Assembly: GCA_963663865.1 (NCBI GenBank)
Contig: OY760686.1
Coordinates: 1,568,001 to 1,632,000 of the forward strand
Length of the DNA stretch: 64,000 nt
Direction: 5' to 3'
Origin: Spirochaetota bacterium
Lineage (GTDB): Bacteria > Spirochaetota > UBA4802 > UBA5550
Of this stretch, positions 51,048 through 59,966 are shown piece after piece (position 1 is the first letter of the stretch; each line of letters opens with the position of its first letter). The position numbers and the translations under genes were made by a program. The notes under the pieces were generated by a model. The model saw nothing but the letters and a program-made list of their open reading frames with translations. It did not search any database and had not been told where the DNA came from.

Positions 51048-53192
51048 ATGACCGAAGAGGCGAAAAGAATTCTACTCATTGACGATGAGGTTGTCTTCTG
51101 CGAGATTATTGGAGACCTCATTGCTGATTTTGGATACAATGTCATAACAGAGAATTCGGGAGACGCCGGCCTTGAGGCTTTCAGGGACAGGCAGCCCGAC
51201 ATGGTTCTTGTTGACCTCAATATGCCGGGAACGGACGGTTACGGTGTTCTCAAGGGAATACGGGAGTCCGGTTCGGATATTCCCGTTATTGTTATTTCGG
51301 GAGCTGGTACTGTCGACGGTGTTGTGAGGGCGATTAACTTCGGGGCCTGGGATTTTATTTCAAAACCCATTGAGGACATCAGTATCTTTATCCACAAGAT
51401 TCAGTCTGCGTTTGAGAAACACAGACTGATAATCGACAAGAAGAACTATGAAAAATTTCTTGAGGAAGAGGTTCTTCGAAGGACAGAGTCTCTCCGTGAG
51501 GAAATAAAAATAAGAATTCTCGCCGAAGCAGAGCTGCGCAAGGTTACTGAGGCCATCCAGCAGAGCCCCTCCATGGTCATTATTACTGATCCCGGTGCTG
51601 TTATAGACTATGTTAACCCAAAATTCTGCGAGGTCACCGGATACAGCTTTGAGGAGCTGAAGGGTGTAAATGCGGGAATTGTCAAGTCAGGGGTACAGCC
51701 GGCTGATTTCTATCAGAATATGCTTGAGACAATTCATTCAGGCAGGGAGTGGAGGGGCGAGTTTCATAACAGAAAGAAAAACGGTGATTTTTTCTGGGAA
51801 TACATGGTTATCTCTTCGATCAAAAACGAAGAGGGGGAGATCACAAACTTTGTAGGAGTGGGCGAGGACATTACCATGAGGAAGGACTACGAGGACCTTC
51901 TCATGCGTCAGGCAAATTACGACACCCTCACCGACCTTCCGAACAGCATTCTTCTTATAGACCGTCTTACCCTGGCGCTGGCTCAGGCTGCCAGAAACAA
52001 CATGATAGTAGCGCTAATGCTTCTTGACCTTGACAACTTCAAGAAGGTAAATGATACCATGGGCCACGACATAGGCGACGAGATGATCAAAGAGGTCGCC
52101 CGCCGCCTTCAGCAGGCGGTGAGGAGCTCCGATACTGTCGCGCGTTTCAGCGGAGACAAGTTTTTTATTCTTCTTACCGAGCTTCACCGGTCGACCGAGG
52201 TCGAGACGATAGCGGAAAAAATCCGCAATGTAGTCTCAAATCCGTTTATTGTCGAAGAGTCTGTTTTTATGGTTACTGCCAGTATAGGAATTACGACGTT
52301 TCCTCAGGACGGGGACGATCCTCGCATACTTATGCGAAACGCGGACGCGGCAATGTACCGCTCAAAGGAAGAAGGAAGAAACCGCATCTGCTACTTTTCA
52401 AGCGAGCTCAACCAGAGGGCCCTCAGGCGTCTGCAGGTGGAGACTCAGCTCAGGTTTGCCCTCGCCAACGATGAATTTACGCTTCACTTTCAGCCGCAGA
52501 TCAATCTGAGGGAAAACAGGGTCAGCGGCGCGGAGTGCCTCATCCGCTGGAAGAATCCGGTGCTCGGGCAGGTTGGCCCTGATGAGTTCATCGGGATTGC
52601 TGAAGATACGGAGCTTATCAATCCCATCGGGGAGTATGTTCTGCGCAACGCGTGTATTCTCGCTTCAAAGTGGGTCAGCGGAGGCGGAAGTCCTGTAAAG
52701 ATTGCAGTGAATATCTCTTCCAGGCAGTTTAAAGAAGGGGGTTTTGTTGAAATGGTTGAGGATATTCTGAAGGAGTCAGGATATCCCCCGCGTTTTCTTG
52801 AGCTGGAGATAACCGAAAGCGTTCTTGTGACGAATGTCGATGAGACTGTTGATATTCTTCACAGACTGGTGAGAAAGGGCGTAAATGTATCTGTAGACGA
52901 TTTCGGCACCGGCTATTCTTCGTTGAGCTACCTGAAGAGGTTCCCGGTTAATTCGCTTAAGATCGACAAGTCATTTATCGGGAATCTGACGCGATCGAAT
53001 GAAGACGCCGCGCTTGCGAGGGCTATTATTGCGATGGGGCACAGCCTTGGTCTTGAGGTAGTCGCCGAGGGTGTCGAGAATGAAGAACAGCTGAGTTATC
53101 TTAAAAAGCTCGACTGCGACATTATTCAGGGGTACTATTACAGCAAGCCTATAGACTTTAACGCATTCAGGGATTTCATGCTCAAGTGGTGA
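51048..53192 (+). CDS. REC-PAS-GGDEF(degenerate)-EAL c-di-GMP phosphodiesterase
   Basis: REC DLNMP; PAS YVNPKF; GGDEF site reads SGDKF; ECL and DDFGTGYSS, VVAEGVE, IQGY. Confidence 0.9.
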   Translation: MTEEAKRILLIDDEVVFCEIIGDLIADFGYNVITENSGDAGLEAFRDRQPDMVLVDLNMPGTDGYGVLKGIRESGSDIPVIVISGAGTVDGVVRAINFGAWDFISKPIEDISIFIHKIQSAFEKHRLIIDKKNYEKFLEEEVLRRTESLREEIKIRILAEAELRKVTEAIQQSPSMVIITDPGAVIDYVNPKFCEVTGYSFEELKGVNAGIVKSGVQPADFYQNMLETIHSGREWRGEFHNRKKNGDFFWEYMVISSIKNEEGEITNFVGVGEDITMRKDYEDLLMRQANYDTLTDLPNSILLIDRLTLALAQAARNNMIVALMLLDLDNFKKVNDTMGHDIGDEMIKEVARRLQQAVRSSDTVARFSGDKFFILLTELHRSTEVETIAEKIRNVVSNPFIVEESVFMVTASIGITTFPQDGDDPRILMRNADAAMYRSKEEGRNRICYFSSELNQRALRRLQVETQLRFALANDEFTLHFQPQINLRENRVSGAECLIRWKNPVLGQVGPDEFIGIAEDTELINPIGEYVLRNACILASKWVSGGGSPVKIAVNISSRQFKEGGFVEMVEDILKESGYPPRFLELEITESVLVTNVDETVDILHRLVRKGVNVSVDDFGTGYSSLSYLKRFPVNSLKIDKSFIGNLTRSNEDAALARAIIAMGHSLGLEVVAEGVENEEQLSYLKKLDCDIIQGYYYSKPIDFNAFRDFMLKW

Positions 53193-53387
53193 TTTTCTAC
53201 TCCGGGGCGAAAAGTGATTGAAATTCAGAGGCGGTTGTGTTCTGTAAATCGTGTAATTCAGGACATTGACCGTGTTGTCATATTGGCCGCCCTGTTTGTA
53301 TTTTTGCCAGCTTTTCGCGGAATAACCGGGCTGTACCGTATGGTTGCCAGCCGGATTGTCAAAAAACAGTATATGGAGTAAGATAAA

Positions 53388-54356
53388 ATGAGAAAAACAG
53401 CCGTATTTGCCGTACTGATTGCCGTTGCAGCGGCATTTACCGCCTGCAAGAAGAAAAGCGAGCCCGCGAGAGAAGGGCTTGTCAATTTCGTTACAGGGCA
53501 GGTTTTTATCGACAGGAACGGATCGAAGAAGCAGGCTCAGGTGGGGGATGTGATCCGCCAGGGCATGAAAATTCAGACTCAGGAAAAATCGTTCATAGAT
53601 ATATATATCGGCGAGAACGCTGTTAAAGTCCTTGAGAACACCGAGGTTGAGGTTAATACTCTGCTTTTTGACGCGGAAACGGGCGGAGAAAAAACATCCC
53701 TCAAGGTTCAGAGAGGAGATGTTATCACGAGGGTCTCTAAGAAGCTTTCCAAACATGACAGCTATTCAATCTCAACTCCCACTACCATTGCTGCCGTCAG
53801 GGGAACCGAGTTCATGGTTTCAGAGAAGGACGGGGCCGGTCAGGTAGCCTGCCTTGACGGACTTGTCAGGGTCAGCGATGCTTCGGACGCAGATAAATCA
53901 TTTGTTGATATTGAGGCCGGACAGGAAGTCAAGGTCGAACCGGGAAAACCTCTGACTGTTCAGGAGCTCTCTGAAGAGAACAAAAAGAGGCTTCAGGGAA
54001 TAATCAGCGAGATAAGCGAGATAAGACAGGATATCCGCAGGCGCTTTGAAGAACAGCGTGAGCAGATACGCAAGCAGGTTTCGGATCAGCGTGACAGGAA
54101 CCGTGAGATGGTTGAAAAGCTGAAAGATGAAAACAAAAAGATGGTAGAGGACCAGAAAGCCCAGGACAAGGCCAATATTGAAGCTATTAAAGGCTCGGTT
54201 GATGAGGAAAAAGAAGCTGTAAAAGGCGGTGTTGATTCGGCGCGTGAGGATTCCAAAAAGCAGCTTGAAGGCGTTAAACCGGAGATCAAGAAGTTCGGCA
54301 TTGATTCGGTAAAGCCCCAGGTTAACAAGTTCTCAGCGGACATAGAAAAGAAGTAA
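53388..54356 (+). CDS. FecR-domain lipoprotein (LipL45-like) with charged coiled-coil tail
   Basis: FTAC lipobox; TPTTIAAVRGTEF FecR motif. Confidence 0.8.
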   Translation: MRKTAVFAVLIAVAAAFTACKKKSEPAREGLVNFVTGQVFIDRNGSKKQAQVGDVIRQGMKIQTQEKSFIDIYIGENAVKVLENTEVEVNTLLFDAETGGEKTSLKVQRGDVITRVSKKLSKHDSYSISTPTTIAAVRGTEFMVSEKDGAGQVACLDGLVRVSDASDADKSFVDIEAGQEVKVEPGKPLTVQELSEENKKRLQGIISEISEIRQDIRRRFEEQREQIRKQVSDQRDRNREMVEKLKDENKKMVEDQKAQDKANIEAIKGSVDEEKEAVKGGVDSAREDSKKQLEGVKPEIKKFGIDSVKPQVNKFSADIEKK

Positions 54357-54381
54357 ATTCGACTGTGATGCACGATTTTCG

Positions 54382-54401
54382 GGGCCGGATAAGTCCGGCC
54401 C
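54382..54401 (+). terminator. GC-rich hairpin after the FecR gene
   Basis: GGGCCGGA-TAAG-TCCGGCCC. Confidence 0.55.
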
Positions 54402-54450
54402 TGCCTGATTAATGCAGTGTGAGCGGTTGGGTGTGGCGCTAAATAGAGCC

Positions 54451-54528
54451 TTATGAGACATAATGTTGCAAAACGGGTGGATAGCATCCCTCAGAAGAGG
54501 TGAATAATAATTCGTTTATGTCTCATAA
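54451..54528. promoter_or_regulatory. Pair of TTATG-N3-CATAA palindromes upstream of flgB
   Basis: TTATGAGACATAA (54451-63) and its exact reverse complement TTATGTCTCATAA (54516-28). Confidence 0.5.
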
Positions 54529-54601
54529 AAAATACTAATGCTATATGGAAATCGTCCGATTGAAGTATTAGAAGGAAATATCTGTTAATGAGGACGGGTT
54601 T

Positions 54602-55027
54602 ATGTTTACTACAAGAATGGAGCAGTCAAGTTACCTTCTCGAAAAGGCTCTCGACGCAGAGTCACTTAGAAGAAAGGTCATTGCTAACAATATTTCAAAT
54701 GTTAATGTTCCTCATTTCAAGAGGAGCGAGGTCAATTTCGAAAGTGAACTGAAAAGGATCATCAATCAGAGAGAAAATCCGGACAGCAAGCTTCCGGCAA
54801 GGCTGACGGATGATAGACATATACCGTTTTTTATACCCCGTGACGTGACAGAGGCGGGATTAAGAATTAACCATGACTACAGCACTACTTACAGAAATGA
54901 CGGGAACAATGTTGATATTGAAAAAGAAATGGTAGATGCGGCTAAAAATCTTATGAGATATAATTCATATGTATCAAGCATAAACCACAATTTTAAATTG
55001 ATGAAGCTTTCGATGAGAACTGCATAG
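54602..55027 (+). CDS. flgB: Flagellar basal-body rod protein FlgB
   Basis: VIANNISNVNVPHFK, RNDGNNVDIEKEM. Confidence 0.95.
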   Translation: MFTTRMEQSSYLLEKALDAESLRRKVIANNISNVNVPHFKRSEVNFESELKRIINQRENPDSKLPARLTDDRHIPFFIPRDVTEAGLRINHDYSTTYRNDGNNVDIEKEMVDAAKNLMRYNSYVSSINHNFKLMKLSMRTA

Positions 55028-55039
55028 GGGTGATGAATA

Positions 55040-55498
55040 ATGGGAATGTTTGACAGCTTCAATATAGCCTCCACCGGACTTACGGCACAGAGGCTGAGGA
55101 TGGATCTTATCAGCAGCAACATCGCCAATGCTAACGCGACGAGGACGCCTGAAGGCGGCCCCTACCAGCGAAAAATGGCGATATTTGCCCCGATAAACAT
55201 AAGGCCTTCATACAAATCTCCACTTGTCCCGGAAAGGATTGAGCATGGGGCGGGACAGGGCGTAAGGATCGTTAAGATTGAGCAGGAAAAATCCCCTTTC
55301 AGGCTTGTGTACAACCCGGATCATCCGGATGCCATTAAGACAGGTCCAAAAAAGGGCTATGTTGAAATGCCGAATGTCAATGTTGTTACGGAAATGACGG
55401 ATCTTATTTCGGCTTCGAGATCGTATGAAGCGAATGTTACAATGGTGAACAACGCCAAGAGCATGTTCAGCAAGGCCCTGGAAATTGGCCGGGTCTGA
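55040..55498 (+). CDS. flgC: Flagellar basal-body rod protein FlgC
   Basis: AQRLRMDLISSNIAN, YNPDHPDA, PNVNVVTEM, SRSYEAN. Confidence 0.96.
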   Translation: MGMFDSFNIASTGLTAQRLRMDLISSNIANANATRTPEGGPYQRKMAIFAPINIRPSYKSPLVPERIEHGAGQGVRIVKIEQEKSPFRLVYNPDHPDAIKTGPKKGYVEMPNVNVVTEMTDLISASRSYEANVTMVNNAKSMFSKALEIGRV

Positions 55499-55515
55499 CG
55501 GTAGGAGGTATTTAA

Positions 55516-55683
55516 ATGTACAGAGAAATATCGGTAATACGCGACGTAAATATCACACATGACCTTTCGATGAGGTCAAGTGAGAGAAGAAAGATTAACT
55601 GCGATCAGAAGCATGAGGGCGGCATTAAGGAAATGAGGGCGGAAATAAATATGCGTAACAGCGCTTCGGAGGTAACATTATGA
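55516..55683 (+). CDS. Small 55-aa ORF not in the ORF track, between flgC and fliE
   Basis: AGGAGGT RBS at 55503-55509, ATG 55516, TGA overlapping the fliE ATG (ATGA). Confidence 0.5.
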   Translation: MYREISVIRDVNITHDLSMRSSERRKINCDQKHEGGIKEMRAEINMRNSASEVTL

Positions 55684-56006
55684 GTATCGGCGGAATATAC
55701 CCGGGCAGTGAAGTCAGCATGAAGGTCACAAATCCACTTCACTATTCTGATAAAAAAGAGAAGTCCCTTGCTGAAGATGATATTTCCGGCAGCTTCGCTG
55801 AGATGTTTAACAGCGCTGTAAAAAAGGTCAATGATCAGCAGACTGGCGCAGAGGAAATGACCCGAAAAATGATCTATGAGCCTGGTTCGGTTGATATTCA
55901 CAGTGTAATGATCGCTCAGCAGAAGGCTGAAGTCTCGCTGACCTTCATGAAGGCCGTCCGTGACGAAGCTATCAGGGCTTACAGGGATCTGCTTAACATG
56001 AGGTAA
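55680..56006 (+). CDS. fliE: Flagellar hook-basal body protein FliE
   Basis: DIHSVMIAQQKAEVSL...VRDEAIRAYRDLLNM. Confidence 0.93.
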   Translation: MSIGGIYPGSEVSMKVTNPLHYSDKKEKSLAEDDISGSFAEMFNSAVKKVNDQQTGAEEMTRKMIYEPGSVDIHSVMIAQQKAEVSLTFMKAVRDEAIRAYRDLLNMR

Positions 56007-56062
56007 TCGGTTCTCCGGAGATGCGGAAACTGCATAATAAAGGGCCGATTACTGGAAATTAA

Positions 56063-56090
56063 TTGACATTTTGATTAATCTTTTTATTAT
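56063..56090 (+). promoter_or_regulatory. Sigma70-like promoter upstream of fliF
   Basis: TTGACA-N16-TATTAT. Confidence 0.5.
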
Positions 56091-56188
56091 GTATTATGTC
56101 TCATTGTATGTTTTCAGCCAGGTTCCACTTTCCCGATCTACGTCTGGCTGCGGGGCAATGAGTAACTCAGTAGGTTTCCGGAGGGGTT

Positions 56189-57889
56189 ATGGCGGAGTTT
56201 ATTAATAAACTTATTGCACAGATAAAAGAGGTCTTTCTAAAGCTGGACAAGACGAAGAGAATCATCGTAGGCGCTGTGGGCGGCGTTGTGATTATCTCAT
56301 TCGTGTTTCTCTTCTCTGTCTCTACCGGCGAGCCAGACGCGGTACTCTTTTCAGAAATATCGACATCAGAGTTCGGAGCTGTTACCAAGAAGCTCGATGA
56401 GATGGGCTACAGGTACAAGGCCTCCGGCACCAGTTTGATCTTTGTAAATCCCGCAGAGAGAGACATAATCCTTACGAGACTTGCTCAGGAAGACGGCATT
56501 CCCAAGGGAATACCGGGCTGGAAGCTTTTTGATATATCAAGCTGGACTGAGACGGAAAAGGAGCTTGATGTAAAGTACATGCGGGCTCTCCGCGATGAGA
56601 TAAAACGTCACATCGAATCTCTCAAAAACATTGACAAGGCATCGGTCGATATAGCGATAGCCGAAGATACAATCTTCACCGACGGAACAAGTCCCTACAC
56701 AGCTGCCGTGAGTCTTACATTGGCTCCCGGCTATGACAAGCTCTCTCGAAAGGAAATAAAAGGCATTGTGCATCTCATCTCAAGGGCTGTCGGCAGCAGG
56801 CTGAAGCCCGAGGATGTTGTTGTCACCGACGACCACGGAAACATTATATCCGACTTTGACGACGAGTTTGACAAGGCAAAAATTGAGTACACAATACTTG
56901 AGCAGAGGAGGAAGCACGAGGAAAAGGCTCGTGTTAAAGTGCTCAAGGATATTAAAGAAGGGCTTTCCCGCATCTACTCTGAAGACCGCATCCAGGTTGT
57001 GCGCCTCAATATGGATTTCAACTGGGACAAGGTAACAGAACAGCAGGAAGAGTACACGCCTATAGTAATGGAACCGGATAATCCTGTGACCCCCTATTCC
57101 GAACGTAAGGTTAAGGATTCACTCGTCGTTTCAGAGAAATCTACTGATGAAAAATTTCAGGGACATGGCTGGAATCCTGAAGGCCCTGCCGGAACCGACA
57201 GCAATACCCCTCCGGGGTATAAGGCGAGTGATGACCAGTTCGCGAAATACGACAAAAACGAGAACATTAGAAATCACGCGGTAAACAAGACCGTGCGGAA
57301 CGTCGAGCGTAATCCTTACGATGTTACGAAGGTGTCAGTGGCGATAGCGATTGACGGACATCAGGACCTGCCCAGAAACACTGACGGATCATACGACCTT
57401 GATCCCGCAAAAAATCCAGTCCAGACGCCTCTGACAGAAGAGGAGCTCGCAAAGGCTGAGAATATCATCAAAAAGGCGATTAACTTCAGTGAGGCCCGTG
57501 GCGACCAGGTCGCTGTTGAAAATATAATGTTCGACCGCTCCAATTACTGGAATTCGATCAGGGAGGAGTACAGGCGCAAGGAGCAGATGAAAAAGCTTCT
57601 TCTTGCAGCTCTGATTGGAGTAATAGCTCTGTTTGTCGGATTCATTCTGTTCAGGTCGATTCAGCGTGAAATTGAAAGACGAAGACGCATACGCGAGGAG
57701 CAGCTCGCTCTCGAGCAGCAGAGAATGCGCGAGGCCGCCCTTCGTGTCGCGGAGGAAGAGGGAATCGATGTTGAGTTGTCTCTCGAAGACAGGGCAAGGA
57801 TGGAGCTTCATGAGAACGCGATCAATCTGGCGAGGGAGAGGCCGGACGATGTCGCTCAGCTTTTGAGGACCTGGCTTGCTGAAGAGTAG
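56189..57889 (+). CDS. fliF: Flagellar MS-ring protein FliF
   Basis: Two TMs, GWKLFD, EGPAG, ARGDQVAV, AQLLRTWL. Confidence 0.95.
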   Translation: MAEFINKLIAQIKEVFLKLDKTKRIIVGAVGGVVIISFVFLFSVSTGEPDAVLFSEISTSEFGAVTKKLDEMGYRYKASGTSLIFVNPAERDIILTRLAQEDGIPKGIPGWKLFDISSWTETEKELDVKYMRALRDEIKRHIESLKNIDKASVDIAIAEDTIFTDGTSPYTAAVSLTLAPGYDKLSRKEIKGIVHLISRAVGSRLKPEDVVVTDDHGNIISDFDDEFDKAKIEYTILEQRRKHEEKARVKVLKDIKEGLSRIYSEDRIQVVRLNMDFNWDKVTEQQEEYTPIVMEPDNPVTPYSERKVKDSLVVSEKSTDEKFQGHGWNPEGPAGTDSNTPPGYKASDDQFAKYDKNENIRNHAVNKTVRNVERNPYDVTKVSVAIAIDGHQDLPRNTDGSYDLDPAKNPVQTPLTEEELAKAENIIKKAINFSEARGDQVAVENIMFDRSNYWNSIREEYRRKEQMKKLLLAALIGVIALFVGFILFRSIQREIERRRRIREEQLALEQQRMREAALRVAEEEGIDVELSLEDRARMELHENAINLARERPDDVAQLLRTWLAEE

Positions 57890-58027
57890 TTTATTGCTGG
57901 CATAAGCCGGGCTTTTTCCCGATAATTTGGTTGAAGGGTGCGCACTGAACGGATTATCTTTGTATCGATACAAAGAGTTCCGGCGGTGCGCCGGATTTAT
58001 TAATGCTTATCTCATTGAGGAGTTTAC

Positions 58028-59038
58028 ATGGCAAAAAAGGCTGAGCTGACTGGACGGCAGAAAGCCGCTATTTTCCTGGTTTCGCTCGGGTCGGATGTAT
58101 CGTCGGAGATTTTCAAACATCTCAGAGAAGACGAAATTGAACAGCTGACCTTTGAAATAGCACGTCTTGACAAGATTGAGCCTGAAGACAGGGACAGGGT
58201 GCTTCAGGAGTTCCAGGAAATGATGATGGCCCAGGAGTTTATCTCCAACGGGGGAATCGATTACGCGAGAGATGTCCTTGAGAGGGCTCTCGGAACCCAG
58301 AAGGCGATTGATATTGTCAACAGGCTGACTTCTTCCCTTCAGGTCAGGCCATTCGACTTTATACGAAGAACCGATCCAAGCCATCTGCTGAACTTTATCC
58401 AGGGAGAACACCCTCAGACTATTGCTCTCATACTCGCATATCTGGACGCCCAGAAGGCGGCCCAGATTCTTTCCGGCCTAAACCACCAGGTTCAGGCCGA
58501 TGTCGCCAGAAGGATTGCCCAGATGGACAGGACCTCGCCCGATGTTCTTCGCGAGGTCGAGAGGGTTCTTGAGAGAAAGCTGTCAACCCTGGCGAGTGAA
58601 GACTTTACATCAGCCGGAGGTATTGAGGCGATTGTTGAGGTTCTCAACAATGTTGACCGGGGAACGGAGAAGATAATCATTGAGGCTCTTGAAGAAGAGG
58701 ATCCTGAACTCGCCGAAGAGATCAAAAAGAGGATGTTTGTCTTCGAAGATATCCTGCTTCTCGACGACAGGTCGATACAGAAGGTTCTCCGCGAGGTCGA
58801 CACTCAGGATCTCGCGAAGGCGCTCAAGGGTGTCGATGCCGAGGTTCAGGAGAAGATATTCAGGAACATGTCAAAGCGCGCGTCTTCACTGCTGCGTGAG
58901 GATATGGACTTTATGGGCCCGATAAGGCTGCGCGACGTAGAGGAGTCACAGCAGAAGATTGTAAACATTATCAGAAAACTTGAAGATACCGGAGACATTA
59001 TTGTGGCCAGGGCCGGTGAGGAGGAGTTAGTTGTCTAA
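58028..59038 (+). CDS. fliG: Flagellar motor switch protein FliG
   Basis: LTGRQKAAI, EHPQTIALIL, MFVFEDI, GPIRLRDVE. Confidence 0.97.
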   Translation: MAKKAELTGRQKAAIFLVSLGSDVSSEIFKHLREDEIEQLTFEIARLDKIEPEDRDRVLQEFQEMMMAQEFISNGGIDYARDVLERALGTQKAIDIVNRLTSSLQVRPFDFIRRTDPSHLLNFIQGEHPQTIALILAYLDAQKAAQILSGLNHQVQADVARRIAQMDRTSPDVLREVERVLERKLSTLASEDFTSAGGIEAIVEVLNNVDRGTEKIIIEALEEEDPELAEEIKKRMFVFEDILLLDDRSIQKVLREVDTQDLAKALKGVDAEVQEKIFRNMSKRASSLLREDMDFMGPIRLRDVEESQQKIVNIIRKLEDTGDIIVARAGEEELVV

Positions 59039-59957
59039 GCTTGTTTTCAAACCGAACCAGATTAAGCAGTCCAGTATCGCTAAACAGATAGAGCTGCCAA
59101 GCAAGTACCAGCAGGACATTATTGAGGGCGAGGAGTTTAAGGAGTTTGAAGTCGATGAAGACGGAAATCCGATAGACGTCTACCGGGGGCCCTCAATTGA
59201 GGAGATGGAGGCCGAGCTCGAGAGGTACAGGCGGGAGACCGAAGAAGAAGTAAAGGACATGATTGAAAAGGCCAGAGCCGCCTCAAAGAGGATTGAGGAG
59301 GAAGGCCGCTCCGCCGCGTTTAACGAACTTCAGCAGGCCAGAGAGCAGATATCCCGTGAGATGGACAGCCTCAAGATTGATTCTGAGCAGGAGATCGAGA
59401 GAGGCAAGTTCGAAGCTGAAAAGATGATAAAGGAGGCCGAGCTCAAGGTTTCCGAGATTGAGCATGAGGCGTATAAAAAGGGCTATGAGGCCGGCCGTGA
59501 AGAGGGTTACAAGGAAGGGCAGGCAGAGGTAATGAGGCTCATTGACCGACTTGGAACGGTTGTATCCACCGCTGTTGATATCAGGGACGATATCATCAAG
59601 TCATCAGAAAAGCTGATGACCGAGATGATTCTGATGATATCCAGAAAGGTTATAAAGGATGAGATCGTCGAAAGGCGTGAGGTTGTCATCAACAATATAA
59701 AAGAAGCCATAAAGAGGGTGAAGGACAGGGACAGGATAGATATTCGTGTCAACTTTGCAGATCTTGACATGACAACAGCGCATAAGGATGAGCTGATTAA
59801 GATGATGGAGTCCCTGAAGAAGGTCAATATATACGAGGATTCAAGGGTTGAGCGCGGGGGATGCATCATTGAAACCGATGTTGGAGCGATTGACGCGCGT
59901 GTATCGACTCAGCTGGATGCCATAGAAGAAGCGATAAGGAATACAACTACTCTGTAG
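59031..59957 (+). CDS. fliH: Flagellar assembly protein FliH
   Basis: AYKKGYEAGREEGYKEG repeats, GGCIIETDVGAIDA. Confidence 0.93.
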   Translation: MSKLVFKPNQIKQSSIAKQIELPSKYQQDIIEGEEFKEFEVDEDGNPIDVYRGPSIEEMEAELERYRRETEEEVKDMIEKARAASKRIEEEGRSAAFNELQQAREQISREMDSLKIDSEQEIERGKFEAEKMIKEAELKVSEIEHEAYKKGYEAGREEGYKEGQAEVMRLIDRLGTVVSTAVDIRDDIIKSSEKLMTEMILMISRKVIKDEIVERREVVINNIKEAIKRVKDRDRIDIRVNFADLDMTTAHKDELIKMMESLKKVNIYEDSRVERGGCIIETDVGAIDARVSTQLDAIEEAIRNTTTL

Positions 59958-59966
59958 CGGGAAAAC

